NCBI RefSeq assembly: GCF_009914755.1
Contig: NC_060947.1
Source of the DNA: the human T2T-CHM13v2.0 reference genome, Homo sapiens
DNA length: 64,000 nucleotides
Reading direction: 5' to 3' (one strand)
Shown here piece after piece: positions 13,030 through 25,158 of this stretch; positions within the stretch are counted from its first letter, which is position 1; every line of letters starts with the position of its first letter. Below the pieces are notes generated by a model that was not told the DNA's origin, ran no database searches, and saw only the letters and a list, made by a program, of their open reading frames with translations. The position numbers and the translations under genes were made by a program.

Positions 13030-13810
13030 TATACTGATAAGAAATATGTATGAGACAAGGTGCTGTGTATTGTGGTAGATATCAAAGTTGGACACAAATA
13101 AAAACATAAAAAACGCAGATAGTGTGTTACAGAATATGCTATGGCAAAATTCACAAGTGAACTCAGGTAGCGAGTCAGCAAGCTCTAACAGAAGACATTG
13201 GTTTGAACCGGGAATCTACAATTAGTAACTGTGTGAACTTGAGTGCATTTTTAACCATTTACTTCCTTGATTCTTAGACTTAAGTTATGTAGAAGAGGAA
13301 AAACAATGCCTCGCTAAGTGACTTGCATGAATATTGAAATAGATAGTATGTGGAAATATTTAACACAGTGCCTGGCACAGAGAAGGGACCTAATAAATGT
13401 AGATGAATCTGACGTTTTCTAGTAGATGGAATCAGCATATAGATAGATATAGCTTTAAGGATAAGTAAAATTTCACCAGAGGGAGTTGAGAGAATATTAT
13501 TCTAGGGAGAAAGAAAAGCATGTGGAGTAATGTAGAAGTATAAAAACACAGAACACTTCTAGGAATTTTTTTTTTTTTCAATAGAGGCTAGAGAGAGATA
13601 AGTTGGATAGTTAGGCTGAGGTTAGATCACGGAATTTGGACCTTCCATATTACTTAGAGGAAAGCTACTGAACATATTTGAACATGGAAGAATTATAATG
13701 AGAATGGGATTGGTTGATAGGAAGGGTTGAACAAAGCAAGACTGATTATTAAGCTAATATAATAAGTAGTTCAATTATGAATGCTTAAGGCCTGAAAGAG
13801 GAAGTTGGAA
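13030..13810 (-). mobile_element. Degenerate L2 fragments interrupted by a MIR
   Basis: Purine-rich L2-like segments such as gagaatattattctagggagaaagaaaagcatgtg and ggaatttggaccttcc...gctactgaacatatttgaacatgg. Confidence 0.45.
13190..13402 (+). mobile_element. MIR
   Basis: tagtaactgtgtgaacttgagtg...taacacagtgcctggcacagagaagggacctaataaatg matches the MIR 3' end. Confidence 0.8.
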
Positions 13811-13899
13811 ATGTAAGAATAAATATTGATCAAAATTAAAGATAACAATTACTGGTAATTTTTACATAGATTTAAGGCCCAGTCCCTTACCTTAAAAAA

Positions 13900-14225
13900 G
13901 CACACTAGGATCTGGCCCTGCCTATCTTACTAGGCGTATTTATCCCCTGCCCCTCCACTGTTCCTCTCTGCAGGTTTCAAGCAGAACAATTTCTTTCCGG
14001 CAGCTTAAATATGCTATCCTCATCCACGTGGTCTCCTTTCATTCTGAAATAGTTTTCATCTCCTTACCCAACTGAAAGTTTTTATTTGTTTCTCAAATTT
14101 TAGTTCTGGCATTGGATTCTTTTAAGGTCTTCCCTACCATCCCAGATTAGAATTTGATTTTCCTCTTTGCTACATCTTGCCTTTCTCTATAACTTTTTAA
14201 TACTTATTATATTGCATTTGCCATA
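13900..14225 (+). mobile_element. Degenerate L2 fragment
   Basis: gatctggccctgcctatctt...tcttccctaccatcccagattag is a pyrimidine-rich L2 3' region pattern. Confidence 0.5.
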
Positions 14226-14259
14226 TTCTGTGTGATATTGCCATTGCCACACTCCTTTT

Positions 14260-14351
14260 AAATTTTTTTTCAAACACCTGGTTTCAAGCAATTCTCCTGC
14301 CTTGGCTTTCCAAAGCGCTTGGATTACAGGCATGAGTCACTGCACCCAACC
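14260..14351 (-). mobile_element. Short Alu/FLAM left-monomer fragment
   Basis: The minus strand reads ggttgggtgcagtgactcatgcctgtaatcc...ccaggtgtttg plus an A-tail. Flanked by ctcctttt (14252-14259 / 14352-14359). Confidence 0.85.
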
Positions 14352-14384
14352 CTCCTTTTTACTTTTTAAATCATGATAACTAAT

Positions 14385-14656
14385 AATAATGATTACTAAT
14401 CATTTACTATGTACCAATACATTGTTATAAGCACTTTAAATGTATTGGTTCATATAATCTTAATCCTAAACAACCCTTTGATTTCATAATAATTGTTATC
14501 TCCATTTAATAGTTAATTAAAAAAAAAACCTCAAGCAAAGGGAGAATAAGTATCTAGCCCAATGTTTTACATATAGAAAACAGTGGAGCCCAAGTATTCA
14601 AGCTCAAATACTCTGGATCCAGAGCCTTTTCTGTTAACTATAAAATGCTGCCTCTC
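14385..14656 (-). mobile_element. Near-full-length MIR
   Basis: catttactatgtacc...gcactttaaatgtatt...ctctggatccagagcc...aactataaaatgctgcctctc. Confidence 0.8.
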
Positions 14657-15529
14657 TTAGATAAAACTATAAAACATAAAGGATATAAAGAAATTGACCA
14701 AAGTCATGCCTTGGTTAATAATTATAGTTAGAAAGCAGAAGAATTAGGCATCAAATGTGAAACAATTGTGAAGTGGAAGGAGAACATGGCTAGTGCAGTG
14801 TTGTGCAACCAAATGAAATGTTTTTAAAATAATCAGTATTTGAAAAAGACTAACAGGACAAGAGAAATAGTTGTTAATAGATAAAGTAGATCCTGAAAGA
14901 AGTGAAGACAGAGAGGAACAAGAGAACATAATTAATTCTCACAATGTATAAGTCCAATTATTCCTCAGAAACAGAAAAGAAAAGAGCATATTGAAGGAAA
15001 ATGCATGGAAATGTTGTAATGGAAGTGTGCCCAAAACACTGATGCGCAAACATATTATTGTTTCGGAAAAGTTGTAGAAGGATTATGTGCTAAAAGTGAT
15101 GAAGACAGGTCAGATTGGGAATTTAAGAAAAAAAGAAATGGCTTGGGAAAATTTCCGTGGGGAATGAAAACAAAGGCCATAAGGTTTGTAATGTGCTGTA
15201 CGAATCATGAAAAATTGACTAAAAATCTTACAGATAGATAGAGAGATGGTGAATAGTATGAAAATCTAAGTTCTAGCTCTGTAGTGTCAGAAGTGAAAGA
15301 TAAAGTAATAGGAAATAATACTTTTTAAAATTAATTAAATGGTAAAAATGTTATCGGGTTTATGAGCATGACCTGTTTTAGTCCCCAGAGATAATAACAT
15401 AGGAAGAAGTAAAAGGAAGATTCTGAAGAGTCCTTGAGTCATTGAAAAAAATGAAAGACTACACAGGAGATTGTTGAGTTATGGTAGCAAAATAAAGAGA
15501 AGATACCATAGCTGTATTGTTTAGACTCT

Positions 15530-16472
15530 AAAGTACTTAGGCTCTGGGCACAAGGTGCATAAGGTGAACCTGAAATACCTTGTCATTCCAGAAATCATAG
15601 AAATGATCAAAAACTACTAGAGTTATATTAGAAAAGGTCTTAAGAGCCAACCTGGATAAATTCCCACTGGAAAAATATGAGAAGTTCTCTTAACTACCAA
15701 AAAGAGTAATAATTGAAAGCGATTTAAGTATGTCAAATATTGTCAAGACTATTAGCTCATAATATATTTTTTAAAAGCCTCATTGTTCACTTGTGAAGGA
15801 TTTTAGGCACCACCTCATTATTTTGAAATCCTGCACTGCAATTAAGACAAAGAAGCAATTACTCTGCTTTTTCTATGCACTCAGTGCCTCAGTATTACCA
15901 AGTACTAGTTGAGAAAAAGTGAGTGTTTTGTTCACATAATGTCCCTGTTGTGTAGCTGTGCTTGCCCTATACAAATAGCTAAATATAATGTCTCTGTGTA
16001 TGTGTGTGTATGTGTGTGTGTGTGTGTGAAATAGTCAAGCTTGTCAGCCAAATCTAATAATGACAAGAAATACAAGGCAGAGAGAAACACATGAGGCAGT
16101 ATTATAAGGAGGCTAACTTTAGACATTGGAAAACCCAATAAAAACAACTGGGTTACTTCAGTAAAACAAGAGAAAAAGAGAGAGGGATAGAGGGAGGAGG
16201 GAGTGAGAAAAGAGAGATGGAGAGAGAAGGTAAATATTTGAAGTCTTGGAATATACATCAACAATCAAATTGATTGATCTGATTTGGCTATAAACTAAAA
16301 AATCATTTTAAAATATAACAAAATAAGATAAATAGGAACCTTGATTGGATATTTGTTAATATTTAGAAGTTATTTTTAGTGTTTCAAGTATAATAATAGG
16401 ATATTTTAAGTTTTTAAAAAACACTTGTATTTTAGAGACACATACAGAAATAATTACAGATAAAATAATATA
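15530..16472 (+). mobile_element. Old L1MC (L1MC3/4-like) 3' region, interrupted by microsatellites; resumes after 20537
   Basis: aacctgaaataccttgtcattccagaaa...aagagccaacctgg and ttttagagacacatacagaaataattacagat match recalled L1MC 3'UTR motifs. Confidence 0.6.
15995..16028. repeat. (TG)n microsatellite, with a GA-rich tract at ~16170-16230
   Basis: tgtgtatgtgtgtgtatgtgtgtgtgtgtgtgtg is directly visible. Confidence 0.95.
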
Positions 16473-19400
16473 GAAGAAAGTGCCAAGATGGTTGACTAGA
16501 AGCAGCTAGCGTGTACCACTGTCACAGAGAGGAGATAGAGTGGTGCATAAATACTAGCTCTAGTGTTCAAGTGGATTGTCCAGGAGGCCATGTTGTGATT
16601 CCTGAAGGAAGCAATGGTGACCCACGGAGGACAGAGAGGAGTGAGGCTGCCCACCTGAGATTGGCATGGAGCATGGGGAGGCTCCCTATTGTGGGGAATG
16701 GGTGAGTGAGCAAGAGGCCCAAGGGACACACACTTCTGCTATAAACCTTTGTAATCTTAGGCATAAGAGATCCTAACTGACCCCCTGGACCCCCAGACAA
16801 ACATGGAGAGACAGCTGCATGGAAACTGGGCAGAGCCACTTCTCAGGCCCACATGGAGCCCCATAGGACTTGGATCCCTAAGCACCCTGGTGCAAGTTGT
16901 TGTAGCCCTGGCAGTTAGGGAGGCCAGGCTCTCTTTCACAAACCCAGCATGCCTAGACAAATGCATAATAACAGTGGGACATTTCAACATTTCACCAACA
17001 GCATTAGAGACATCTTTGAGGTAAAAACTAACCAAGAAGTTCTGGACTTAAATTTAAGACTTGAACAATTGGACAAAATAGACATCTACAGAACACACCA
17101 CGTACCAACAACAGAATATATATTCTACTCATCTTCACATGGAATGTATTATAGGATCAATCACATGTTCAATCTCAGTAAATTGAAAAAATTAAAATCA
17201 TACCTAGCACACTCAAATCACAGTGCAATAAAAAGAAAAATAAATATCAAGATGATACCTTAAAATGACAAAAATTCATGGAAATTAAACAACTTCATCC
17301 TGAATAACTAATGAGTGAACATTTAAATTAAAGCAGAAATAAAAAATATTTGAAATTAATCAAAATGTGAACACAATCTACCAACACCTCTGGGATGCAG
17401 CTAAGGCAGTGTTAAGAGGAAAATTTATAGTACTAAATGCCTTCATCAAGATGTTAGAAAGCTCTCAAATTAATGTTTTAACTTTGTACCTAAAGTAACT
17501 AGAGGAAAAAAAAAAACACACAAAAACCAATACCAAAGCAAGAAGAAAAAAATGAATAATTAAAATAAGAACTGAATTAAATTGAGATGCAAGCATTCAT
17601 GCAAATGATTAATGAAACCAAGTGTAGATTTAAAAAAAAAACAAGATTGATAAACTTCCAGCTAGATTAACAAATAAAATAGAGAGAAGATCCAAATAAG
17701 TATAATCAGAAATGATAAGGATGACACTACCATTGATCCCATATAGTTGAAAAAGATCTTCATAGAATGCTATTTAACAACACTATGCACACAAATTAGA
17801 AAATCTAGAAGAAATTGATAAATTTCTAGAACACACATTTTCACAAAATTGAATCAGAAGATTTAAAACCTGCATAGACCAAAATTGAATTCTGAAATTA
17901 AATCATCAATAAAAATCCTAGCAATCAAAAGAAGTCCTGGGCCAGACAAATTCATAGCTGAGTTCTACGAGACATAAAAGAACTGGTACCAATCCTAATG
18001 AAACCATTACAAAAAAATCGAGGTGGAGAGGCTCCTCCCTATCTGATTCTATGAAGCCAGCATTAGCTTAATACCCAAATCTGGCAGAGACACAATGAAA
18101 AAAAAAAAAAAAAACTTGAGGCCAGTATCTCTGATGAACACAGATAAAAAAGTCCCCAAAATACTAGCAAACCAAATTCAGCAGCACATCAAAATGTTAA
18201 TACATCACAACCAATAAGGCTTTCTTTGTGGAATGCAAGATTGTTTTGACATATGGAAATTATTAACTGTGATTCACCACCTCAACAGAATTAAAAACAA
18301 AATCATATGTTCTCTCAATAGAAGAAGTGAAAACTTTCAATAATGTCCATTATCCCTTCATGATAAAAAGACCCAACAAACTAGGCAACAAAAGAACATA
18401 CTTCAAAATAATAAGAGCCATATATGACAAGCCAATGTCATACCGAATGGGCAAAAGCTGAAACAATCTACCTTAAGAACTGCAACAAGACAAGGATGCC
18501 CACTCTCACCACTCCTACACTCCCACCACTCCTACTTTAACATTGTACTGGAAGCCCTAGCCAGAGCAATCAGGCAAGAGAAAGAATTAAAAGACATCCA
18601 AATTGGAAAAAAAAAAAGAAGACAAATTATCTCTCTTTGTTAGAGATAAGATTCTGTAACTAGAAAAGCCTAATGACTCCACCAAAAGGCTACTAGAACT
18701 GTTACATGACTTTAGTAGGTTTTACTATACAAAATCAATGTACAAAAATCAGTAGTATATTTATACACCAATAATGTCCAGGTTGAGAGTTAAATCAAGA
18801 GCACAATACCATTTATACTAGGCAGAAATAAAATGAAATACCTAGCAGTACACATAATCAAAAAGCTTAAAGATCTTTACAAGAAGCACAAACATGTTGA
18901 AAGAAATCAGATATGACACAAATAGATAGAAAAATATCCCGTGCTTATGGATTAAAATGGCTATATGGCCCAAAGCAATTTACAGATTCAACACTATTCC
19001 TATCAAACTACAAAAGTCATTCATCACAGAATTAGGAAAAGCTATTCAAAAACTCATATGGAACCAAAAAAAGAGCCTGAATAAACAAAGCAATCCTAAG
19101 CAAAAGAACGAAGCTAGAGGGATCATATTACCTGACTTCAAACCATAGTATATAAGGCTATAGTAGCCAAAATAGCCTGGTACTGGTATAAAAACAGAAA
19201 CATAGACAAATGGAACAGAATATAAAACCCAGACATAAAGCCTTACACACGCAACCATTTGATATTTGACAAGCCAAGAAACACAAGCAATGGGAAAAGG
19301 ACTCCCTATTCAATGAATGGTGTTGTGACAAGTGGCTATACAGAAGAATGAAACTGAACCCTTACCTTTTACAATATACAAAAATTAACTCAGGTAGGAT

Positions 19401-20537
19401 TAAAGATTCAAATGAAAAATATCAAAATATAAAAATTCAAAAAAAACCTAGGAAATGCCCTTCTCAATATCAGCCTCGGCAAAGAATTTTTGCCTATGTC
19501 TTCAAAAGAAACTACAGCAAAAAATATTGACAAGTGGGACCTAATTAAGCTAAATAGCTTCTGCACAGCAAAATAAATTATCAACAAAGCAAACAGCCAA
19601 CCTGCAGAATAGAAGAAAATATTCACAAACTATGCATCTGATGAAAGACTAATATCAAGAATCTATACAAAATTTAAACAAATTAACAAGCAAAAAAAAC
19701 ACCATTAAATGGGCAAAGGATATGAACAGACATTTCTCAAAAAAGACATAAACAGCCAACAAACATATAAAAATGTTCCACATAACTGATCATTAGAGAA
19801 ATGCAAATCAAATCCACAATGATATACCATCTCACACCACTCCAAATGGCTATTTTTGAGAAATTAAAATAACAAGTAAGATCCTCGAGAGGCTGAAGAG
19901 AAAAAGGAAACACTTATGCACTGTTGGTGAGAGTGTATAAATTAGTTAAATCATTGGGAAATCAGTGTGGCGATTCCTCAAAGAACTTAAAGCAGAGCTC
20001 CTGTTTGACCCAGCAATCCCATTACTGGATATGTACTCAAAGGAAAATAGATAATTATATCAAAAGTCACATGCATACATGTGTTAATTGCTTTGCTATT
20101 CACAATACCAAAGAATGGAATCAATCTAGATGTCCATTAATGGTGGATGATAAAGAAAATGTGGTATATATACACAATGGAATACTGCATAGCCATATAA
20201 AAGAATAAAATCATGTCATTTGCAGCAATATGAATAGAGCTGGAGGTTAAAGCCAATGAACACAGGAAGAGAAAACTAAATCCTGCATGTTCACACTTAC
20301 AAATGGGAGCCAAACATTGAGCAGCCGGAGACATAAACATGGGAACAATAGACACTGCTAACTAGTAGTCTGGGGAGGGAGGGGCATATGGTTTAAAAAA
20401 AACTACCTATTGGATACTATGCTCACTACTTGGGTGCAAATACACATGCAACAAATCTGCACAGGTACTCCCTATACCTAAAATAAAAGTTGAGAAAAAA
20501 TATTTTATAAACTCTGATCACAAAAATTATAAAAAAT
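16473..20537 (+). mobile_element. LINE-1 (L1PREC2-like) with an intact 5' end but ORF1 and the ORF2 N-terminus deleted
   Basis: The start reads gtgccaagatggttgactagaagcagc and jumps to ORF2 at ~16951. ORF2 remnants follow ([18 protein letters not shown]), then 3'UTR aactacctattggatactatgctcactacttgggtgc. TSD-like aaataata at 16463 and 20538. Confidence 0.88.
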
Positions 20538-20574
20538 AAATAATACGGTGTCTCTAAAATAATCTGGCAAAGGG

Positions 20575-20650
20575 TAGGGAAAACTTGCCAAGGTTAAATG
20601 ACTCACCTGAAGTCACACGGCCAGTGTAAGCCAGAAAATTTAACCCAGGG
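20575..20650 (-). mobile_element. MIR fragment
   Basis: aggttaaatgactcacctgaagtcacacggccagtgtaagccagaaaatttaacccagg. Confidence 0.55.
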
Positions 20651-21815
20651 AGACAAAGAATAAGAAGATCTCTGTGTAATTTCAAGATTAGGCAATGAGA
20701 GGACAGAGAAATTGGCCTGCCTGTATCATCAGAGCTTAACTAGACAACTAGACAAATACATACTGAATATTTGAATAAAATTTTTCATGTCAAACTAGCT
20801 TCCAGGTTAAACACTGAGAAAGATATTCTAGCAATGTAATCAAATAATAGAGACCGCAATAAATAAACTATTTGCTTCTTAAATATATTAAATATATTTT
20901 CCTTTATTCAAGTATGAGTCAACATTTTGAAAAACAACAATATATAATCCATAAAAAGATCCCATAACATTAATAAAGGAATCACCTCTTAAGAGAAAAT
21001 AAGAATTATCAAAATTATTTACAAAAGAAAATTAAAAAATGGACTACATGTTCTGGTCTCTAGTAAATACATGAAATTACTTATACTGTGAAAAATGTGA
21101 CAAATGAGAAGGAAAGGAAATGTATACAGGGAGGCTGTGTAGAAACTAAAACCTGTAACAAAACTAAAATTCACAAGATAAACAGTTGAGGAAAACCAAC
21201 ATTTAGAAAATCAAAATGATTATGATGCCGAGGCATTTAGTGCAAACTAAAGACACTTTCTCATAATGCAGAGGAAATGACTGAAAATTATGAGAGAAAA
21301 TACGACAAAAACAATAGATCCAGTCTACAACTAGTTAGTGTCCCCGAGGGAAATAAGTCAAATCAATATAGCAGAAACAAAAATAGAGTATAATCCAATA
21401 CATTTTTTTAACAATTGCAAAAGGTGTAAGCCAAAATGATAAAAAAAAATACAGCCAATAAAATAATACTTGCATAAATTGGGTAACAAAAAAAATTCAA
21501 CAAAAATTATGTGAAAACTTCAAGCCATAATATCACAAAATTAGCATACTAATTTAGGACAGAATAATAATTGCTTAATTTTGTAAAGCCTAATAAAATG
21601 TGAATTACAAGTCAAATGGTAAATTGATATGATTCAATGTTTATAATCAAATAGACATTTCTAAGTCATTTGCTTATAAAAGTCATGAGATCATTTGTAA
21701 GTGAAATGAGACAAATAGGTATTTGCCTCCTTACCTATATGTGTCCTCGAAATAGTCATTAATTGCTATTTCTTTAAGCAAAAGAACTCTGCAATTATAA
21801 GTTCGTTTCTAAGAT

Positions 21816-21923
21816 TTTTAAAATTTTGTTTTTATTGACAAATAATAATTGCATATATTTATGGGGTACAATGCATTTTTTGCATAATGGATCAACATCA
21901 GTGCAATGTTTTGATATGTGTAT
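21816..21923 (-). mobile_element. Short L1MA 3' terminal fragment
   Basis: tttttattgacaaataataattgcatatatttatggggtacaatg...ttttgatatgtgtat. Confidence 0.65.
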
Positions 21924-23107
21924 GATTCTTGAGATTTTAAATAAATTATACAGCTAGATCAGAAAGTTGTCTCCTCATTTTTGCAAGATAAAAGCTCAAT
22001 TCAACCTTGAGTAACTGAAGAACAATGCTGAGATGAAAGTTTCTTAAAAGATGTCTTTCCCTGAAGCAATCAATAATGAATATTGTAAGAGTCTTTCTCT
22101 AGGTTTCATGTTTTTAATGTTTTAATTTTTAATTTTTGTGGGAACACAGTAGATGTATATAATTGTGAAGTACATGAGATGTTTTCATGCAAGTATGCAA
22201 GGCATAAGATTCACATCATGGAGAATAAGCTATCCATTTACGCAAGCATTTATCCTTTCTGTTACAAATAATCCAATTATACTATTTTACTTATTTTAAA
22301 ATGTACAATTAACTTATTATTGACTAAAGTCACTCTGTTGTGCGACCAAATAATCTCTCTTATTCATTCTAACTATACTTTTTGGATCCATTAACTGTCT
22401 CCACCTCCCCCACAGCCCCCCACTACCCTTTCCAGACTCTGATAACCATCCTTCTACTCTCTGTGTCCATTTCTATTATTTTGATTTTTAGATCCCACAA
22501 GCAAGTGAGAACATGCAATGTTTATCTTTCTGTACCTGGCTTATTTCACTTAACATAATTATCTCCATTTGCATCCACATTGGTGCAAATAACAGAATCT
22601 CATTATTTTTTATAGCTGAATAGTACTCCACTGGGCTCCACCGTGTATATATACCACATTGTCTTTATCTATTCATCTGCCAGTGGACATTTAGGTTGCT
22701 TCCAAGTCATAGCTATTGTGAACAGTGCTGCAACAACCATGCGAGTGCAGATAAGTCTCTGATATACTGTCTTTCTTTTGGGTATACACCCAGCAGTGGG
22801 ATTGCTGGGTCATATAATATCTCTGTTTTTAGTTTTTTCCTTCAAACTGTTCTCCATAGTGATTGTACTAATTTACATTCCCACCAACAGTGTAGGAGGC
22901 TTCCCTTATCGCCACATCCTTGCCAGCATGTATTATTGCCTGTCTTTTGGATATTAGCCATTTTAACTAGGGTGAGATGATATCTCATTGTAGTTTTGAT
23001 TTGCATTTATCTGATGATCAATAATGTTGAGTAACTTTTCATATGCCTATTTTTCTTTGGTAGGTATGTTTCTGTTGAGAAATATTTATACAAATATTTT
23101 ACCTATT

Positions 23108-23280
23108 CTTTTTGTTGATGTTGTTGTTGTTGTTGAGACGGAGTCTCGCTCTAATGCTGAGGCTGGAGTGCAGTGGCGTGATCTTGGCTCACTGCAACCT
23201 CTGCCTCCTGGCTTCAAGCGATTCCACTGCCTCAGACTCGTGAGTAGCTGGTATTACAGGCGCCCACCACCACGCCTGAC
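23108..23280 (-). mobile_element. AluS right arm only, with a (TTG)n-derived tail
   Basis: gagacggagtctcgct...ggcgcccaccaccacgcctgac. The left arm is absent and there is no TSD. Confidence 0.9.
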
Positions 23281-24852
23281 TATGTCATTTTTCTTACTAT
23301 AGCTCTGTGGTATAATTTGAAGTGAGGTAATGTGATTCTTCCAGTTTTGTTCTTTTGATTAGAATAGCTTTAGCTATTCTGGGTCTTTTGTGGTTCCATA
23401 TACATTTTGGGATAGTTTCTTTCTATTTCTGTGAAGAATTTCACTGGTATTTGATAAGGATTTCTTTGATTCTGTAGATTTCTTTGGGTAGTATGGACAT
23501 TTGAACAATACAGATTCTTCCACTCCATGAACATGGAATATTTTTTAGTATGCTTTTCAATTTCTTTTTTCAGTGATTTATAGTTGTTACTATAGACATA
23601 GTTTACTTTTTTGTTAATTCTTAGGTATTTAATTGTATTTGTGGCTATCATAAATGTGATTGCTTTTTTATTTCTTTTTCAGACTCTACTGTTTACAGAG
23701 AGAAATACTACTAATTTTTGTACGTTGATTTTTGTATCCTGCAAATTCACTGAATTTGTTTATCAATTTTAATAGTTTTTTGTGTAGTTTTTAGGTTTTT
23801 TAAAATATAAGATCATATCATTTGAAAACAATTTGACCTTTTCTATTCCGATTTATGTCCTTTATTTCCTTCTTTTGCCTGATTACTCTAGTTAGGACTT
23901 CCAGGACTATGCTGAATAACACTGGTGAAAGTGGGCATCCTTGTTGTGTTTTAAATCTTAGAGGAAAGGCTTTCAGTTTCTCCCCCATTCAGTTTGATAC
24001 CACCTGTAGGTCTGTAATATATGGCTTTTATTATGTTGAGAAATGTTTCTTCTATACCCAGTTTTTGAGGGTTTTATTATGAAAGTATGTTGAATTTTAT
24101 CAAATGCTTTTTCAGCATTAATTAAAAAATGATGATGTGTTTTTTATTCTTTATTCTGTTGACACAGTGTATCACATTTGTTGATTTGTGTATATTAAAC
24201 CATCATTTAGTCCCTGGAATAAATCCCAATAGGTAATGATGAATGATTTTTTAAATGTAAAGTTGAATTTCATTTGCTAGTATTTTGTTGAGGATTTTTT
24301 GCATCAATATGAATCAGTGATATTGGCCAATAGTTTTCTTTCTTTTTTTTCTTTTTTTAATGTGTGTCTAGTTTTGGTATTAAGGCAGTACTGGCCTCAT
24401 AGAATGAGTTTGGAAGTATTCCCTCATAGAATGAGTTTGGAAGTATTTTTTGGAATAGTTTGAGTAGGATTAGTATTAGTTTTTCTTTATATGTTTGGTA
24501 GAATTCAGTAGTGAAACCACCAAGTCCAGGGCTTGTTTTTTTACTGGGAAATTTTTATTATGCCTTCTATCACATTGCATTTTATTGGTCTGTTCAGCTT
24601 TCGGATTTCTTCCTAGTTTAATCTTGGTAGGTTGTACGTGTCCAGGAATGTGTCAATTTCTTTTAGCTTTTCCAAGTTTTTAGTAGATTGTTGCTCATAG
24701 TAGTCAGTAGTGATTTTTTGTACAATTTCTGTACAATTTCTACAGTATCAGTTGTAATGTAACTTTTTTCATTTCTGATTTTATTCATTTGGATCTTCTC
24801 TTTTTTTCTTAGTTACTCTTGCTAATGGTTTGTCAATTTTGTTTAACTTTAA

Positions 24853-25158
<306 letters not shown>

